NCBI GenBank assembly: GCA_052327205.1 | Contig: CM126222.1 | Span: forward strand, 54,374,001 to 54,438,000 | From: Somniosus microcephalus | Lineage: Eukaryota | DNA: 64,000 nt | Reading direction: 5' to 3' | Part shown: piece after piece, positions 11,606 to 24,853 of the stretch | Layout of the letters: each line of letters opens with the position of its first letter | Position numbering within the stretch: the stretch's first letter is position 1 | Notes under the pieces: model-generated | What the model saw: only the letters and a program-made list of their open reading frames with translations | Database searches by the model: none | Told to the model about the DNA's origin: nothing | Made by a program: the position numbers and the translations under genes

Positions 11606-12692
11606 GTGGTGGGGGGGGGCGGGGGCGCGGAGTGAGTTACCTGTTCTTCTAATGCACTGCACCACTACTCCTGAATTTACTTATTGTGAATGGATATCAG
11701 AGTTTCTTGGTGATTTGCTGAGTTCTTTTGGAATATTAAAGGACCCAGTGCACCTGAACTCGCAGTTGCTTGAAACTTGCCAAAGCAGCTGGCAACATGT
11801 CAAGTTCTGTCACTGCAGGTTGATTAGAGAGTGTTCTGGCTGTTTAAATGGGCATGCAGGCATTCATTCGTGAATCTCACACATCAAACACCATCTCTTC
11901 TTCATATATGCTCCCAACAGGTATTTAAACTATTTTTCACATTTTTCTTATTTCGTACATGTTGCAAGCACACCCGTTTCAGAGAGGCTGTTTGTGACGC
12001 TGGACAACAACCAACACTTCTGGGTGAATAAAATTTACCGGAGTTTATACAATTTGGTTACGTTGTTATAAAACTTGTTGAACAGAATCATTTTAAGAGG
12101 TAACATGAGGGGTACTTGCAGGTAACTTCACAATAACTAAATCCAGGGGTAGTGAACACTCCTGGAGTGAACACCATCTTTTGACCATTGGGATCTAGCT
12201 TCACATCAAGCCCAAACAGATTTAGTAAAGGTTTCCCGTCTCGTTGGTGCAGTGTGTTATAAGAACAGTGCCCTTTGCCTCTGCTTGACCTGTGTTAAAA
12301 TCCAGCCCAGAGAGGGAGGGTTAAATAGATCCTTTTGCTGATGGCTATTAACCCCATGAACATCAAAGAGGTGAAATTTCCCCTTTTGATTATTTTAGCG
12401 AGAAAGTTGCCACAATTTCCCATTTTGTACTCATGCTGGCATTTACTAAAACTATTGAGGGGAGGGATCTCACCCCCACATGTCATGTACTGCCTTGATC
12501 ATACTTTACAGTTTAGACATGACTTGCTGTAAATTATTGATGCTGAATATTATAACGGCATCAGAAAAATGTACATATGAAAACTTGTAATGTTTTTGCC
12601 ACAAAAATATTTCTCCTGGTCTTAAGGTTAAAACGTTGGTGAAATGTGTTTGGGCCGCTTCAACCCTGTTCAGTGGTACAAACTACAGAGGT

Positions 12693-12740
12693 GGAACAGG
12701 CTCGAGGGGCTGAATGGCCTACTCCTGTTCCCATGTTCCT
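12693..12740 (+). mobile_element. CR1 3' tail fragment
   Basis: GGAACAGGCTCGAGGGGCTGAATGGCCTACTCCTGTTCC matches the 3' end of the CR1 copy at 47410-47460. Confidence 0.7.
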
Positions 12741-14129
12741 CAAAAACCTCCCTCAAAATTTATGGCGAGCACAAAAACTAAATATTTCAGATGTTTAAAA
12801 AAATTCCACCAAATCGAGTATTGCCTTTAAAAAAGGATTAAAGCTCACCTGTCTTTTCTTGGCAACGTTATGTGTCATATGCAAGGCAGACATCATCCTT
12901 GCATTGCTGACAGCCGGGGTCAGCTTTCTTGGATGGAAATGAGCTCTGAATAGTGAGCAATCATTTCTCGGCAGAAACCTGACAAAACAGATAGCAGATA
13001 ATTGCTGTTTCTTTATCGTCCAAGTTCAAAGGTGTAGTTTGTGCAATTAAGTGAGTACAAATGTACAAAATTCACAGGATTTGACACCTGCACTGCTGGG
13101 GAAAATAAGTAGCATTAAGAAGAGATGTACCTCAAGGCTGCATTATGGGAAAGGTTTCTCAGTAACTCCCAGTTTAGTACTCAATAGTTTTCAAATCTGT
13201 ATCTGAATTTTGTGAATGGATTTTCTCCACTCCAAAAATAATGACAATATTTTTAAATTGAATCAGACATTGTCATCTGAAATTAAACTTATCTTTAAAA
13301 AGAGAGAGAAAGCTGTTTTGTCTATTTTGCTAACCCCTCCCAGGGGAGTTTTGTATTTTTCTCCCATTGGGAACAATGGGAGGATTGACTGTGCTCCGTA
13401 ACATGTAGTTCGTTGTGTAGCATTTGCTCAACTTCTTCTCCTCCTTTTGTTTACACTGTGAGTTGAGACATATTCTTTGTTTATTTATAGAAAAGGCCTT
13501 CAGTCCACAATGAAGGATGAGTGAGCTGTATGCATTTGATTTTGGGGAAGGGGAAGCCCTTTGCTTCTGTATTTCCAAACCGCAGAACTATACTCAGTAA
13601 AATAATATTGATCTTCGGTAAATCTTTTACGGGATCTATCATGAAGTAAGGCAGGCACAGTACTGCTTTGAGATAACGGCAGAAGGATAAAACATGCTTC
13701 TCAAAGGTGCTTTCCACTTGCAGCACTAATCACTGTGTGCATGTTGTGTTGCGGTGGAGTTATCATTTATTCAGTAGGGTTAGGGTTAAAGAAGGAAGTC
13801 AAAATGGCACAGTTCGGTTGTCCACTCTGTGTAGTTATATTGCGGCTCAGATTTCCTTTTGAGAGCTGCAGTATTCTCTACCTACAGTGATGTTCAGGTC
13901 TCCTGTCCTAATGACTTTGATTGCTGATTCCCCATAAACTGCATTGCTGAGCATGAGGTAGGGAATAAAGGGACCCACCAACAGCCTGTAAAATCAAGAA
14001 ACGCGACAGTAGGGGTGTTCCGCTGTCTTTCTTTTTAACCTTCCTATAATTGACTGTTGAAAGTGAAGCAAATTGTTATTGCTTTAAAAGTAACTAAATT
14101 GTAAGTGGGTAATAGCACGTCCTCTTGTG

Positions 14130-14260
14130 ATACTGAACCGTACAGACCAAAAGGTCCCAGATTTGACCCGCGCTTAGTTGATGTCAGTCAGAGCAGCAGT
14201 TTGGGCATTACAATCGACCTCCTGCTCGTTTGATAGGGATGATGAAAAACGGCCGGGTTT
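14130..14260 (+). mobile_element. Old SINE-like repeat fragment
   Basis: ACAGACCAAAAGGTCCCAGATTTGACCC...TACAATCGACCTC resembles the other diverged copies. Confidence 0.4.
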
Positions 14261-14309
14261 CCTACTTCTGATTGATATCCACTGACTCCTGTTGGAAAGT
14301 GTGCAAGTG

Positions 14310-14445
14310 TGGATGTACTGGAATCCTGGTGGTCTATCTGTGGCATGTACCTGATACCTGGTGGTCCAGTTATGGAGTGCATCAGATACTTGGTGTACCT
14401 GACACACAGTGGTCCAGTAGTTGGGTGTGTCTAATACCTGGTGGC
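14310..14445. repeat. Degenerate short tandem repeat
   Basis: About four diverged units around GTACCTGATACCTGGTGGTCCAGT. Confidence 0.45.
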
Positions 14446-17354
14446 ATAACAATAGGATTGTGTCTACTGATGGAGGAGCTGCAGGTCTTGTCTTTGTTGA
14501 CTGATTGATTTATGATGGGTGGAGAGAGTTTGTGCACGATACTTGGCCAGCCAGAGATGAGTAGGTGCAGGTATTTTTTCATAATATAAAGTGTGAATTT
14601 TTGAAGATGAAGGGATTGTATTTATATTTCCTGACACATCGGGAAGGTTGTTTTCTAGCCTTTGGTAATTGGTCTTGTGTTCACAAATACTCAATTTACA
14701 GGGTCGAACCTTGCCGAGAACCAGAACTTATCATAGTTTTCGTACTTTCTGTATCTCTAATAGCATTAGGTTTTCAATTATAAAAGTACAATTATTGATA
14801 TTTGTTTGCATAAAATTGGAAGCAGCCAGAATTAAAACAGGAAGATACGGGCTCTGATTTTGACTGACGTCAGCTGATGGCATTGATTATGGGAAGCTGA
14901 GTTGCTCCGGCTTCCTGCTTTCCTTTTGATAGCCAGCAGTTGGGGATGTTGTGTGTTTTCTGTGTGAAGAGGAACTGGCTTGGGAAAATCACAAGTCAAG
15001 ATAAGATAAAGAGAAGTGACAAAAATAGCAAGAATGCATGTTCCTAATGATGTTCTCTATACGTTAGGAGATCAGTGCACTATGTGGATGATTTTAATAT
15101 CTGAGCTTGTACTCCTTCAATTTAACTAAATTAATTTGGAGCTTGTCTAATCAGAATAACCACAACCAGAATTGGTGTATATTGAATATGACAAAAATAA
15201 ATTTTATGTTAAATAGCAAAATAGTCGAAATCATTGACCTTTACTCGTGCACGGTAGGATGGTCACTCACTGCCATGTACTATGAAATGCCAATGATGTT
15301 TACCATTTCACTGTTCAACATAAAAGTCTCTTTCATTACAACATAGTCATTACTATTCAACTGCACTGCCCAGTGCACCTCAGCACCAGTAGGCACAGTT
15401 TAAAGGTTGTGGATGGTTTTTGGTGCAGCATCTGCTCAGACCTTGGATCTGAGTTGCAGATATTTCCACCGTAAATGAGTCTGTCGCAGCGCTAAATTAA
15501 ACACACTGAAAATGCGGACTTTATTTCCCCCCCCCCCCCAGGTTAAATTGTGGTCTTGCAGCAGTGATGGAGAATGTATGTGGAGTAATGAGGAGTAATA
15601 AAAAACAAAATCAGGCGTAATTCAAAATCGGGGAGTCATAAAAACAAATTGGTGATGAATGTATTTGTGCAACCTCAAAGCTAAATGTATTACTGTGGCT
15701 GCACGGTGTAATGAATGGAAACAGTAGCTGAGAACAGAATGTGGGCCTTTGGGAATGATGGCAAGTCTTCCTTTGTAATTACTTCATGAAAAAATGTCAA
15801 ATTGGTTAATATTTAGTTATCACATCATTGACATTTTTAAAATATCAAATTACTTTTTATAAGATGTATTTTCAACTCACCATCTATACTGTACAATGCT
15901 GACTGAATACACTAAATAGGGTGTTTGATTCAGTAGCAGTTGAACATGTGCATTGCAATTATAATTATACTTTATATAGATATATATATAGCAATAGGGC
16001 AACAGTAAATGGACTTTCACAGACACAGACAGTATAAGGCAGATAAAATATATAGATAAGCATCTGCATCGTTTCCTTCTGCATTCGAGTTTACTGCTTC
16101 GGAGAAAGTTCAGAACAATTAAGAATGTACTTTCAGTATATAGAATGTAATTGCACTTGGCACCAAAACACACAACCTAAGGGGAGTAAAGTTTCCTATT
16201 ATCTATAAATGTCACGTTCATATGGATTAAGGTAATATGTGTCTGGATTTTGTAATTATCAGAGACAGGTTCTAAAATACTGTCTTTGGAAACATTACAT
16301 AAAGTGTGCTGTGTGGTGGAGGGGTGTCACAGAGATGATGTTTTACACGGTTTCCTTATTAGCCATAAATAATGTTATACCAGTGACGGGGGTATATTGG
16401 AGAGTGTTAGTAAAGGACCACTGTGCTACCGTTTTTCAGAGAAATTGGACTGAGGTTATTACTTCAGGGGCTGCCTCCTCTTGTCTCACCACCTGCATCT
16501 AATTTCTCAAGCTTGAGCTACTAGGTAGGGATTGCTATTTTAAAGATCCCATTGGGACACCGTTTCCATGGATTTCTTTTTGTACTTTCTCACAGAAGGT
16601 CCATAGTGAAATCTCTTAACTCGTCAGACGCAAGGCCGTGGTAGCTAATATAACTAATTTAATCATTGGCTTGAGCATCTGACATCAAAATATCTAACAC
16701 TAAGCCATCTGATAGGGACCCTGCCAATCAGTCTGGCAAGGCAAGCTGCAATTCATTTGAGCAGAAGCCCGAGAGGCAGACCAAGATGATGGCGAGATGA
16801 GGTAGATCCAGATAGTCGGATTGCCGAGGCAATTAAATGGATTAATGCATCCATGGACATGGATGGCTAGTGACAGTTATAAGCATTGTAACCTCCAGCT
16901 CCAAGGGGCTTCGACACAAATGAGAGGCAATAAAGGTCGTGAACTCAGGACGGACAAAAACAGGTTGGACAAAGAAATATCACCAAGCAAAGCCAGTGTC
17001 ACAAAATAAAGAGACAGCTTTGAGAACTGGTTGTATAGACAGAGCAGAACAGCACCCTCACACAAGGAAGCGAGTACAGTGCAGCAAATGGAAGAAATTT
17101 GAGCAATCACGGAGGGAACTGTGCGAGGAGGAACACTCCCAACAGGAGAATAATTAGGAGGGATCACAAGAGATTTTTCTTTTGAAAAATTAATCAAGTT
17201 GCTTGCTGAATATTACAGTAGACTTTTGTCAAATTTAATTTGGTTTGAACCGTTCTTCCAGCCATATTGAACAGAAGTGCAGCTCCCAGGTAACAGCAGA
17301 GAGATTGGACAATGCCACAGTGCAGGCTGCTCCAGTGGTTCCACCGATCTAGTA

Positions 17355-17660
17355 CGGAGCTGTACAGTTCAGGAGGGTCTTGGGTTCACTCCCAGGTCTG
17401 CACGGAGTTGGCTACTTTCATCTAAGGGGTGGTGGTGGGGTTAAAGTTGGCCTCAGTGCCTCCAAACAAAAAAAATCAGTCCTAGTTGCTTGCACCTGGT
17501 AAACTACAGTGAGCCCTGCTGTAGGGTGTACATGGGTGAAAGTTGGGCAAGAACAGGAGTGAGTGGGCTGTGATGCTTCCACAGTTGAATAGCCGGGCAA
17601 CACTTATTGTCCAAGCTTCCATACAAGAATGGCCACATAGGTGATAGCTGCTTGTACCTG
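17355..17660 (+). mobile_element. Old SINE-like interspersed repeat
   Basis: GGGTTCACTCCC B-box-like head, then TTGGCCTCAGTGCC...GGCTGTGATGC...AATAGCC blocks shared with the other copies. Confidence 0.45.
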
Positions 17661-18311
17661 TGGAGCCATACAGAGGTCACCATGTTTAGCAAAGGAAAGG
17701 ACAACATTTAAAAATAAAAGACAGAATTTCAGTGACCTTGCTAATGATAACCATGATGCTACATTCAGGCCTGTTATCAGTCTCAAAGAGGTAACTGTAC
17801 AATGGTTGACAAGTACTAGGAAATGTCAGAACTGCTGGCATCAGGAAATTTCAGGGTCTCACTTTACTCTCTGTGGTGACTCAGTCTTAGGGACGAGTGC
17901 CAAACTGAACTGCAAATCCAAAATGGCCTGTCTAGCCATTTCAGTTTTATTCCAAGACACTTGAGTTTGGCTCAGTTCAGATCATGCTTGGGTCTAGTGT
18001 GGCCTGGCCCTTTAAAATTCCCTTCTGGACATGCACAGGGGGGCGGGGCGGGGCAGGGCTAGAGGATCAAAGGTGGGAAGGTGGGTTTTATTTTTATGAA
18101 TGAATTAAAGAATTTATATTCTTGATGGTCTTGCTGTTTGATGGGAGGATTTATGTTACATGCTTGTGTAAAAAGCTTTGCATGCAGCTCTTTGTTATTG
18201 AACTTTGCAACTAGCTGATTCTTAGGGTAGTTCATCCTGACCCACAATGAGCCTGTGTATCTACATCTGTGACAGACTGAGCCTGCAATTTGAATAACTC
18301 TCTTACACAAG

Positions 18312-18690
18312 AACATTAGAAATAGGAGTAGGCCATACGCACCGCCCCCCGGCCCCCCCCCCACTTCCCTCGCCATCTCCCGCGCCTGCTCTCCCATTCA
18401 GTAAGATCATGGCTGAACTTTTACCTCAACTCCACCTTCCTGCTCGATCCTCATATTCCCTTAGTGCCCAAAAATCTATCGATCTTTGTCTTGAATATAC
18501 TCAATGACTGAGCATTCATAGCCCTCTGGGGTAGAGAATTCCAAAGGTTCACAACTCTTAGTGAGGAAATTCCTCCTCATCTCAGTCCTAAATGGCTGAC
18601 CCCAAGTTCTAGACTCTCCAGCCAGGGGAAACAGCCTGCCAGCATCTACCCTGTCAATCCCTCAAAGAACTTTATACGTTTCAACGAGAT
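18312..18690 (-). mobile_element. CR1 LINE 3' fragment
   Basis: Reverse complement matches the CR1 ORF2 end and 3' UTR (GATCATGGCTGA, GTAGAGAATTCCAAAGGTTCAC). Similar to 47060-47470. Confidence 0.8.
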
Positions 18691-18914
18691 GAACATCCAT
18701 GATGTCAAGCAAATTGTTAGAACACTGCAATAATTATTGCCTGTTATTAAATCTGAGGCCACTCTGGTACAAGGAACTATTTTTTAAAAAGTACAACAAT
18801 AGCCTTGAAATTCATTAGGTGTCATGTGAAGATTTTAAGACCATCATACATAGATAGTTAGCGCGCTGCGCTCTGTATTCCTTTGTCCATTTTCCTCCCC
18901 TGTTCTGAATGCGG

Positions 18915-19375
18915 TCACTCGGGCTGACGTATGGTTGCACAGGTGCTGGTCATCCCCTGGTACATTGTCATTCTTTACGTGTGAGCTTAGACAGTGAATG
19001 CTGGCAGGCTATTCGACCATGGGGAGGATTATGGGTCATGGATAGAAATCATGAGCAAGAACCCTGGCAGCAATGTCCCCCCTCATTTTTTTTGGGCTGC
19101 GCGTCCCATTCAAAAATTTCCACGCATGCGCAGTTTTTCTATTTAATAACTGGTGACCCGGCTGCGCAGGAGCTCCAGAGCGCTGCCACACAGCTTAAAG
19201 GGAACATTGCCTGGCAGTGCCGATTTTACCCTGCTTAGCTTGGGTACTGAGGCCAATTCTGGCATCGCAGCCTAGGGAGGGAAGAATTGGTCTCCGCTAA
19301 CTCTGAATTCGAACCTGGAACCTTCTGATCTAACCATGCCGTAGTCATGCATTGCCTTTACCAATTAAGCCAATG
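18915..19375 (-). mobile_element. Old SINE-like repeat hosting a hAT-like MITE
   Basis: Reverse complement of the family at 17355-17660 (GTACTGAGGCCAA, GGCTATTCGACC), interrupted at 19071-19209. Confidence 0.45.
19071..19209. mobile_element. hAT-like MITE, 139 bp
   Basis: TIRs CAATGTCCCC and GGGAACATTG. Perfect 8-bp TSD CCTGGCAG (19063-19070, 19210-19217). Related copy at 41221-41376. Confidence 0.85.
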
Positions 19376-20191
19376 GAAAAGCCCACTCTTTACGGTTAAG
19401 TCCTATCCACATCATGTTTAGGCTCATAGTGATGTCATACGCCCCTCACTATAGCCTGGCTCCTGTTCACTTCCCCCATATTTCCATGGCTTGCTGTCAC
19501 CTCAGACTGCAAACTGCAGATGTGTGTTACTACTGTACCAGCAAACAGTAAAGCATCTGTACAGCTGGCTCAATGTGCCTGTGTCTTCAGCATCTGCATT
19601 CTGTGGAAAACTGTAATGGGTGTACGAACTGGCAGTGTTGGATTCCTTCATGCCCTGTTCCCGCTGACCCTCTCCCTCATTAACAATCACTCATAGTCTT
19701 GCAGTGAAATGATAATTGCTTAAATTGTTCAGTAAAAGCATTTGGTGTGTCCTGCATGTGTTAGCGCCTACTCTGCATCATTGGATAGAGCAGATACTGT
19801 CTGACAAATGCTACATAAAAAGAGGTTCTGCTGGGGGCCCGAAGGCATGCTTCCCACGAACATTCCTAAAATATTGCATGGTTGTAAAAACTGGCTGATG
19901 TATTTTAGAGTACCAGTTTAGCCTGAGGCCATGTGAAGAATGGACGCCTGAATCCAGCAGAACACGTTCTTCCCCTGTGTATCCATGCTGAAACAATGCC
20001 AGCAAAAGTAGGACATATGATACCAGCTACACTTCATTTTATCCATTAACCATGCAGTGTCTGCAGTAGTGTCTGGTGGCATGACCTTTTTTTTAATTCT
20101 TAAAGCGGATTTATTTTTCTTCCTGTTTTCACCCTGTTTTTCTCTCCATTGTAAACTGTCTGTCACAACACATCCTCCTCCAAAAGGCAGA

Positions 20192-20990
20192 GAGAAGGAA
20201 CTTGCATTTACATAGCGCCTTTTCACATCTTGACAACTTCCCAAACTGCTTTTCAACCAGTGAATTAGGTTTGAAGTGCAGTCACTGTTGTGACGCAGGC
20301 AAAGATGGCAGCCAATTTGTGCACAGCAAGGTCCCACAAACAGCAAAGAGATGAATTGGCCAGTTAATCTGTTTTTGGTGTTGCTAGTTGAGAGAGGAAT
20401 ATCAGCCAGGTAACCAAGAAAACTGTTGACTCACTGGGAGCACTTTTGCCTCTGAGTTGCAAAGTTATGGGTTCACGCCCCACGTGAGCACATAATCTTG
20501 GCTAAGACTTCCGTGTGATACTGAGAGAATGCTACATTGCCAGAAGTGCTGTTTTTCAGATAAGATGTTAAACTGAGGTAAAAGATATCACGGCACTAGA
20601 AGAGCAGGAGATTTTTCCTGGTCTCCCAGCCAACATTTATCCCACAACCAACAAAACCGATTAACTGGTCATATGTCTCATTGCTGTTTGTGGGACTTTA
20701 CAAATGAGTTTCTGTGCTTGTCTCCATAACAACAATGAGTAAAACTTCAAAAGTCATTCATTGGCTGTGCGGTGCTTTGGGGATATCTTTCCTGGCTCCT
20801 CTTCAAATGGTGCCAGGGAGTCTTTTCACCTAAACAGGCCTTGACTTAATATCTTATCCAAAAGTTGGCACCTCTAACACTCCTTTAATACTTGACTGAA
20901 GTGTCAGCATGGTTTATATGCTCAAGTCTTGGAGTAGGCCTTGAAACCACACACTTCTGATGATGAGGCAAGAATGTTCCCAACTGAGCC
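20192..20990. mobile_element. Nested DeuSINE (SacSINE1-like) pair: minus copy (20192-~20422 and ~20790-20990) interrupted by a plus copy (~20425-20788)
   Basis: Both pieces match 40119-40546. The L2-like tail is reversed at 20192-20300, and the minus body resumes after the plus copy. Confidence 0.7.
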
Positions 20991-21319
20991 AAACGGAGAT
21001 TTGGGCTGGATAGACCTGGATGCAGATTTTTCAGGCCCACAAATAATATAGGTCAATAGATACAACTCATTTTGAACCATTTGATCCAGAATAAAAATGA
21101 TGTCAATGTACAGATGCCTGTAGGCTATATCCAGCATTTTTTGATTTTAGATTTTCACCATTTGCAGATTTTTGTTTAGTATTATTTAGATCATGTAAAT
21201 GTGGGCTGGGGTCCTTTCTCGCATTCAGATCTACAGTACACTTATTTATCTGGCTTTCAAGGGAGCTCTTTAAACACGTGTAGTGGCCAAAAATGGAGCA
21301 AGCCAGCGATCCCAATAGT

Positions 21320-21795
21320 TATGGCCAGGTAACCTCTGCCGCTAACCACATCAGAGTATGTGGCATTGGGGGAGGTCACCCAATTTAAGTTCCGTCAGTG
21401 GGCGCCCGAGATGCACCCGGGCCCACCAGACTTGCCAAGGGGGCTGGTCTAAACAGTTTTAAAAACTTTGTATCGGGCAGGGGAAGGCTAGCTGCTACCC
21501 AACGTGGGCCTCACAACTGCACTCCTGAGGCCAGTATGTTAATTCCTTCTGGGCATATTAGCAATCAATCCCTTGACTGCCATTTTCTAGGCCGGGGCTG
21601 TGAGAACTCCCAGACTTGGGAGGTCCCTGTTCCCTGCTCTGCCCCCACCCTACTTCAATGGTCTTATTTAGGGTGGGTGGAGGCTCTGTCCCAAACATGG
21701 GTCAAAGGAAACTCCCGGGCGATGTCGGTACTCAGTGCATCCGGACCCGGTCTAGTTTGTGGCCCTTCTGGGAGTGGGTCTAGAATTTCGGCCCC
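21320..21795. mobile_element. Degraded GC-rich MITE-like remnant
   Basis: Right end GAATTTCGGCCCC matches the Harbinger-like TIR. No left TIR found, so the left boundary is approximate. Confidence 0.3.
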
Positions 21796-22540
21796 CTAGT
21801 TTGAATCGAATTTTGCTAATTTACATGTTGGTGGTTCTGCGTTTTCCACTAAATCCCACCATGATGGTCGTCTGGTGCATCGTCTCTGCTGAATATACAA
21901 TGTGTATGTGTTGTGCTCATCAAAGGGAGGGATGTCCGTGTGGGGGAGGGAATTAAATAAATTTCTATTTTTGCCACTCCGGGTCAGTATCAAACTCTCC
22001 CAGTTCCGATTTAGCCCAGACAGATGCAAAACAAAGCTCCTTTTTCTCTGCCCCGTGTTGCCTTAACCCCAACCACAGAAACATCGTTCTTCCAATCCCA
22101 GCCATCTTTACAGTCTCTCTCTGAATGAGAATGCAAATTTGTGCCAAGTTGTGGGCGGTTTTGTGCTGTGGGCCACACTAAGATCTGGGTTGAAAGTGCC
22201 CAAACTCACTTCAAGTAGGACCCTTGAGAGTTGGCTTTCATCCCAGAACTGTGCAATTTTAAATACAAATACAGACTCCGATCAAATAGTAAAGCAGAAG
22301 TATGATTTGGGGTTTACCGAACCTAAAAGGAACAGTGGTTATATCATTTAATGCCGTAGTTAATAGTTATAGGTGGCAGCAACCCATCTCACCTCCGTTT
22401 ACTTGCGTTTAATGTCTCACGCTTGCCTCGGGCTGTTTGCATCTGATTAACTCATTAATAGCAGCAATATAAACATTTGATAAAGATTGCTCACGGTAGA
22501 AAGTTTGTAGGGGGGGAAAAAAATGTTTGATTGAACGATG

Positions 22541-22583
22541 GAACTAATCTCGCCGCTGTTTTTCTTTTCTTTGGACGCATCAG
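22541..22583 (+). promoter_or_regulatory. Branch point, polypyrimidine tract and 3' splice site of the BAHCC1 exon
   Basis: ACTAAT at 22543-22548, a T/C-rich tract, then CAG at 22581-22583. Confidence 0.8.
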
Positions 22584-22754
22584 GCAACGCACTGATGGGA
22601 AACTCATCAGCCACATTCATGGGAAGTTTCCTAGCCAGCAGCTTGGGGTCAGCACCTGCTCATCCTGCGGGACCTACGTCTTCCCCCTCCGAGCCCGCCT
22701 TCCGAAGTCCCCACTCGGCGACATCACAGATCTGGTTTTCCCACTCCCACGAAG
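22584..22754 (+). CDS. BAHCC1: Internal coding exon (probably second coding exon) of BAH domain and coiled-coil containing 1
   Basis: Flanked by cag| and G|gtaagg. 171 bp, symmetric phase 1. Translation (G)[56 protein letters not shown] matches my recollection of the human BAHCC1 N-terminus ([21 protein letters not shown]...[10 protein letters not shown]) better than its paralogue TNRC18. Confidence 0.93.
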
Positions 22755-23996
22755 GTAAGGAACACGGTCGAGGAGCATCCCAAGCGGCTCGACAAATCTT
22801 TGCGTAAAGTCTAAATCTAAAGAAAGCTTCCCACTTTCAGCTGGAGCGATACTGTGTGCACCACTGTGTCGAAGTCTGGGTGGTAAAGACAGCTGGTGGC
22901 CCTGGGCCGAATAATATTACTCTCAGTGGGATTCCCCACACACATTCACAACAGAGGCTGGAAACAGAGAGAACTTGGAAGATTTATTCTTAGCATGACT
23001 GTGGTGTGGAGTCCTTTGAACTGTGAGCTTGTGTGTGCAGAGCCTTCCTCAGTGGTGCTTGGTACAGTAATGTCACTTCCAAGGAGACAAGGAATGAATA
23101 AGCAGCTAATATGGTGTGAATGGCAGCAAAATCTTGTTTGGTTCAGAAACTTAACTATAAATATTTTTCAAATGAGAATTTTTTTTTTTACAAGTCAGTG
23201 ACAATCCTGGTAATGGAAAAAGCGGCACTTCATTCTGTCACTGATTCAGGTATCATTTCCGTTAAAAAAAACTCTAGTCTAGAATGCATTTGTTCCTCTT
23301 AATGACCAAAAATTAATACATTTGCAGGACATTCTCTGTTCAATGTTTTAATCCAGTCTCTGCTATATATATATAATATATAATTATTTAAACATATAAT
23401 AATTGGGTGAACCTATAGAGCAATGATAAGAATGGGAATTTCTTTCCTAAAATGCGCCTCATTACACAATTTAATTCGAAAATGTACGTAAAGCTCGTAA
23501 TGTGGTTCCACACCATCGAAACTCTTTCTGTATCCCTATTTTGGTCAAAATTCAAATCTATAGTGATGTGAGCATATTTGGGTGAAATAAGTGCATCACT
23601 CATCAACATTCGTATAGTTGCTGAGCATTTGAAAACCCACCACTTGCTCTGGAGGCCACCATCTGACTGCAGATACCATCACCTGATCAACAGACCTACA
23701 GTTGGTAGCCTATATCATGCTTTCATTAATATGTGTATATTTGAAATGAATTCCTCTTCTGCATCATGCCTTTAAATAGCTTGTGTTGACATTGTATTGG
23801 TGTACCTGACTGAGGCAGATTTACAGTGACATGCAGCATATGTAAATCTATTGATAACTATTCATTTCATAGTACGCGGGTACACTCATGTCATTTACCT
23901 AGTTTGGTAAAGAAAACTAATCTTCGATGCCTGAGATCACAGTAAGATGTTTTGTATTGTAGAATCATAGAAATTCCAAAGCAGAACAAGTTCTTT

Positions 23997-24385
23997 GCAA
24001 GAGGAGGCTGAGGGGAGATTTAATTGAGGTGCATAAAATTATGAGGGCCTAGTTAGGAAGGACCTATTTCCCTTAGCAAAGAGTTCAATAACCAGGGGGC
24101 ATAGATTTAAAGTAATTGATAGAAGGATTAGAGGGGAGTTGAGGAGAACTTTTTTCACCCAGAGACTGGTGGGGGTCTGGAACTCACTGCCTGAAAGGGT
24201 GGCAGAGGCAGAAACGTTCATCACATTTAAAAAGTACTTGGATATGCACTTGAAGTGCCGTAACCTACAAGGCTACGGACCAAGAGCTGGAAAGTGGGAT
24301 TAGGCTGGATAACTCTTTTTCAGCCGGCACAGACACGATGGGCCGAATGGCCTCCTTCTGTGCCGTAAACGTCTATGATTCTATA
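23997..24385 (+). mobile_element. CR1 LINE 3' fragment
   Basis: Colinear with 28080-28467 (AGGCTGAGGGGAGATTTAATTGAGG...GCTGGAAAGTGGGATTAG). Ends in a CTATGATTCTAT tail. Confidence 0.9.
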
Positions 24386-24520
24386 TGAAGGTAATTTGGC
24401 ATGTCTGGTGCTAACTGTTCAACTGCAGTGATCTTCTCTTAATTCTATTTCCCTACCTTTTACCCATAGCCTTCTTTCTTTTTGAATATTTACTCAATTC
24501 CTGTTTAAAATTGTGATGTA

Positions 24521-24853
24521 CAGGAAACTTTGTGATATCCAGCACCGACGGGACCGAGCTGTTGCCGTCCCATTAAAACTGCCGGACAAACCAGCGCTAA
24601 TGTTGAAACATACGGAGATTTTGAGCTCCGTATCTGGCAACAAACCCTGTTGCTTAGCAACAGCTTCTAAACAGTCAGCCGTACCTTGCAAGCGTCTCTG
24701 TAGCTTAGCAACAGTTTCAGCGAGACCTTGCAGAGCCTGACTGGTGGAAAAAAAGCAACGAAAAGAAAAAAAACCTAACGAAATGGCTCCTGATTTTTGC
24801 CGGTGGCTCGAGCATTCCAGACAGTTAACCTCCGGATAAACCAAAGTTTCCTG
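24521..24853. mobile_element. Tc1/mariner (pogo/Tigger-like) MITE
   Basis: TA|CAGGAAACTTTG ... CAAAGTTTCCTG|TA. Related copies at 35386-35700 and 63093-63428. Confidence 0.85.
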
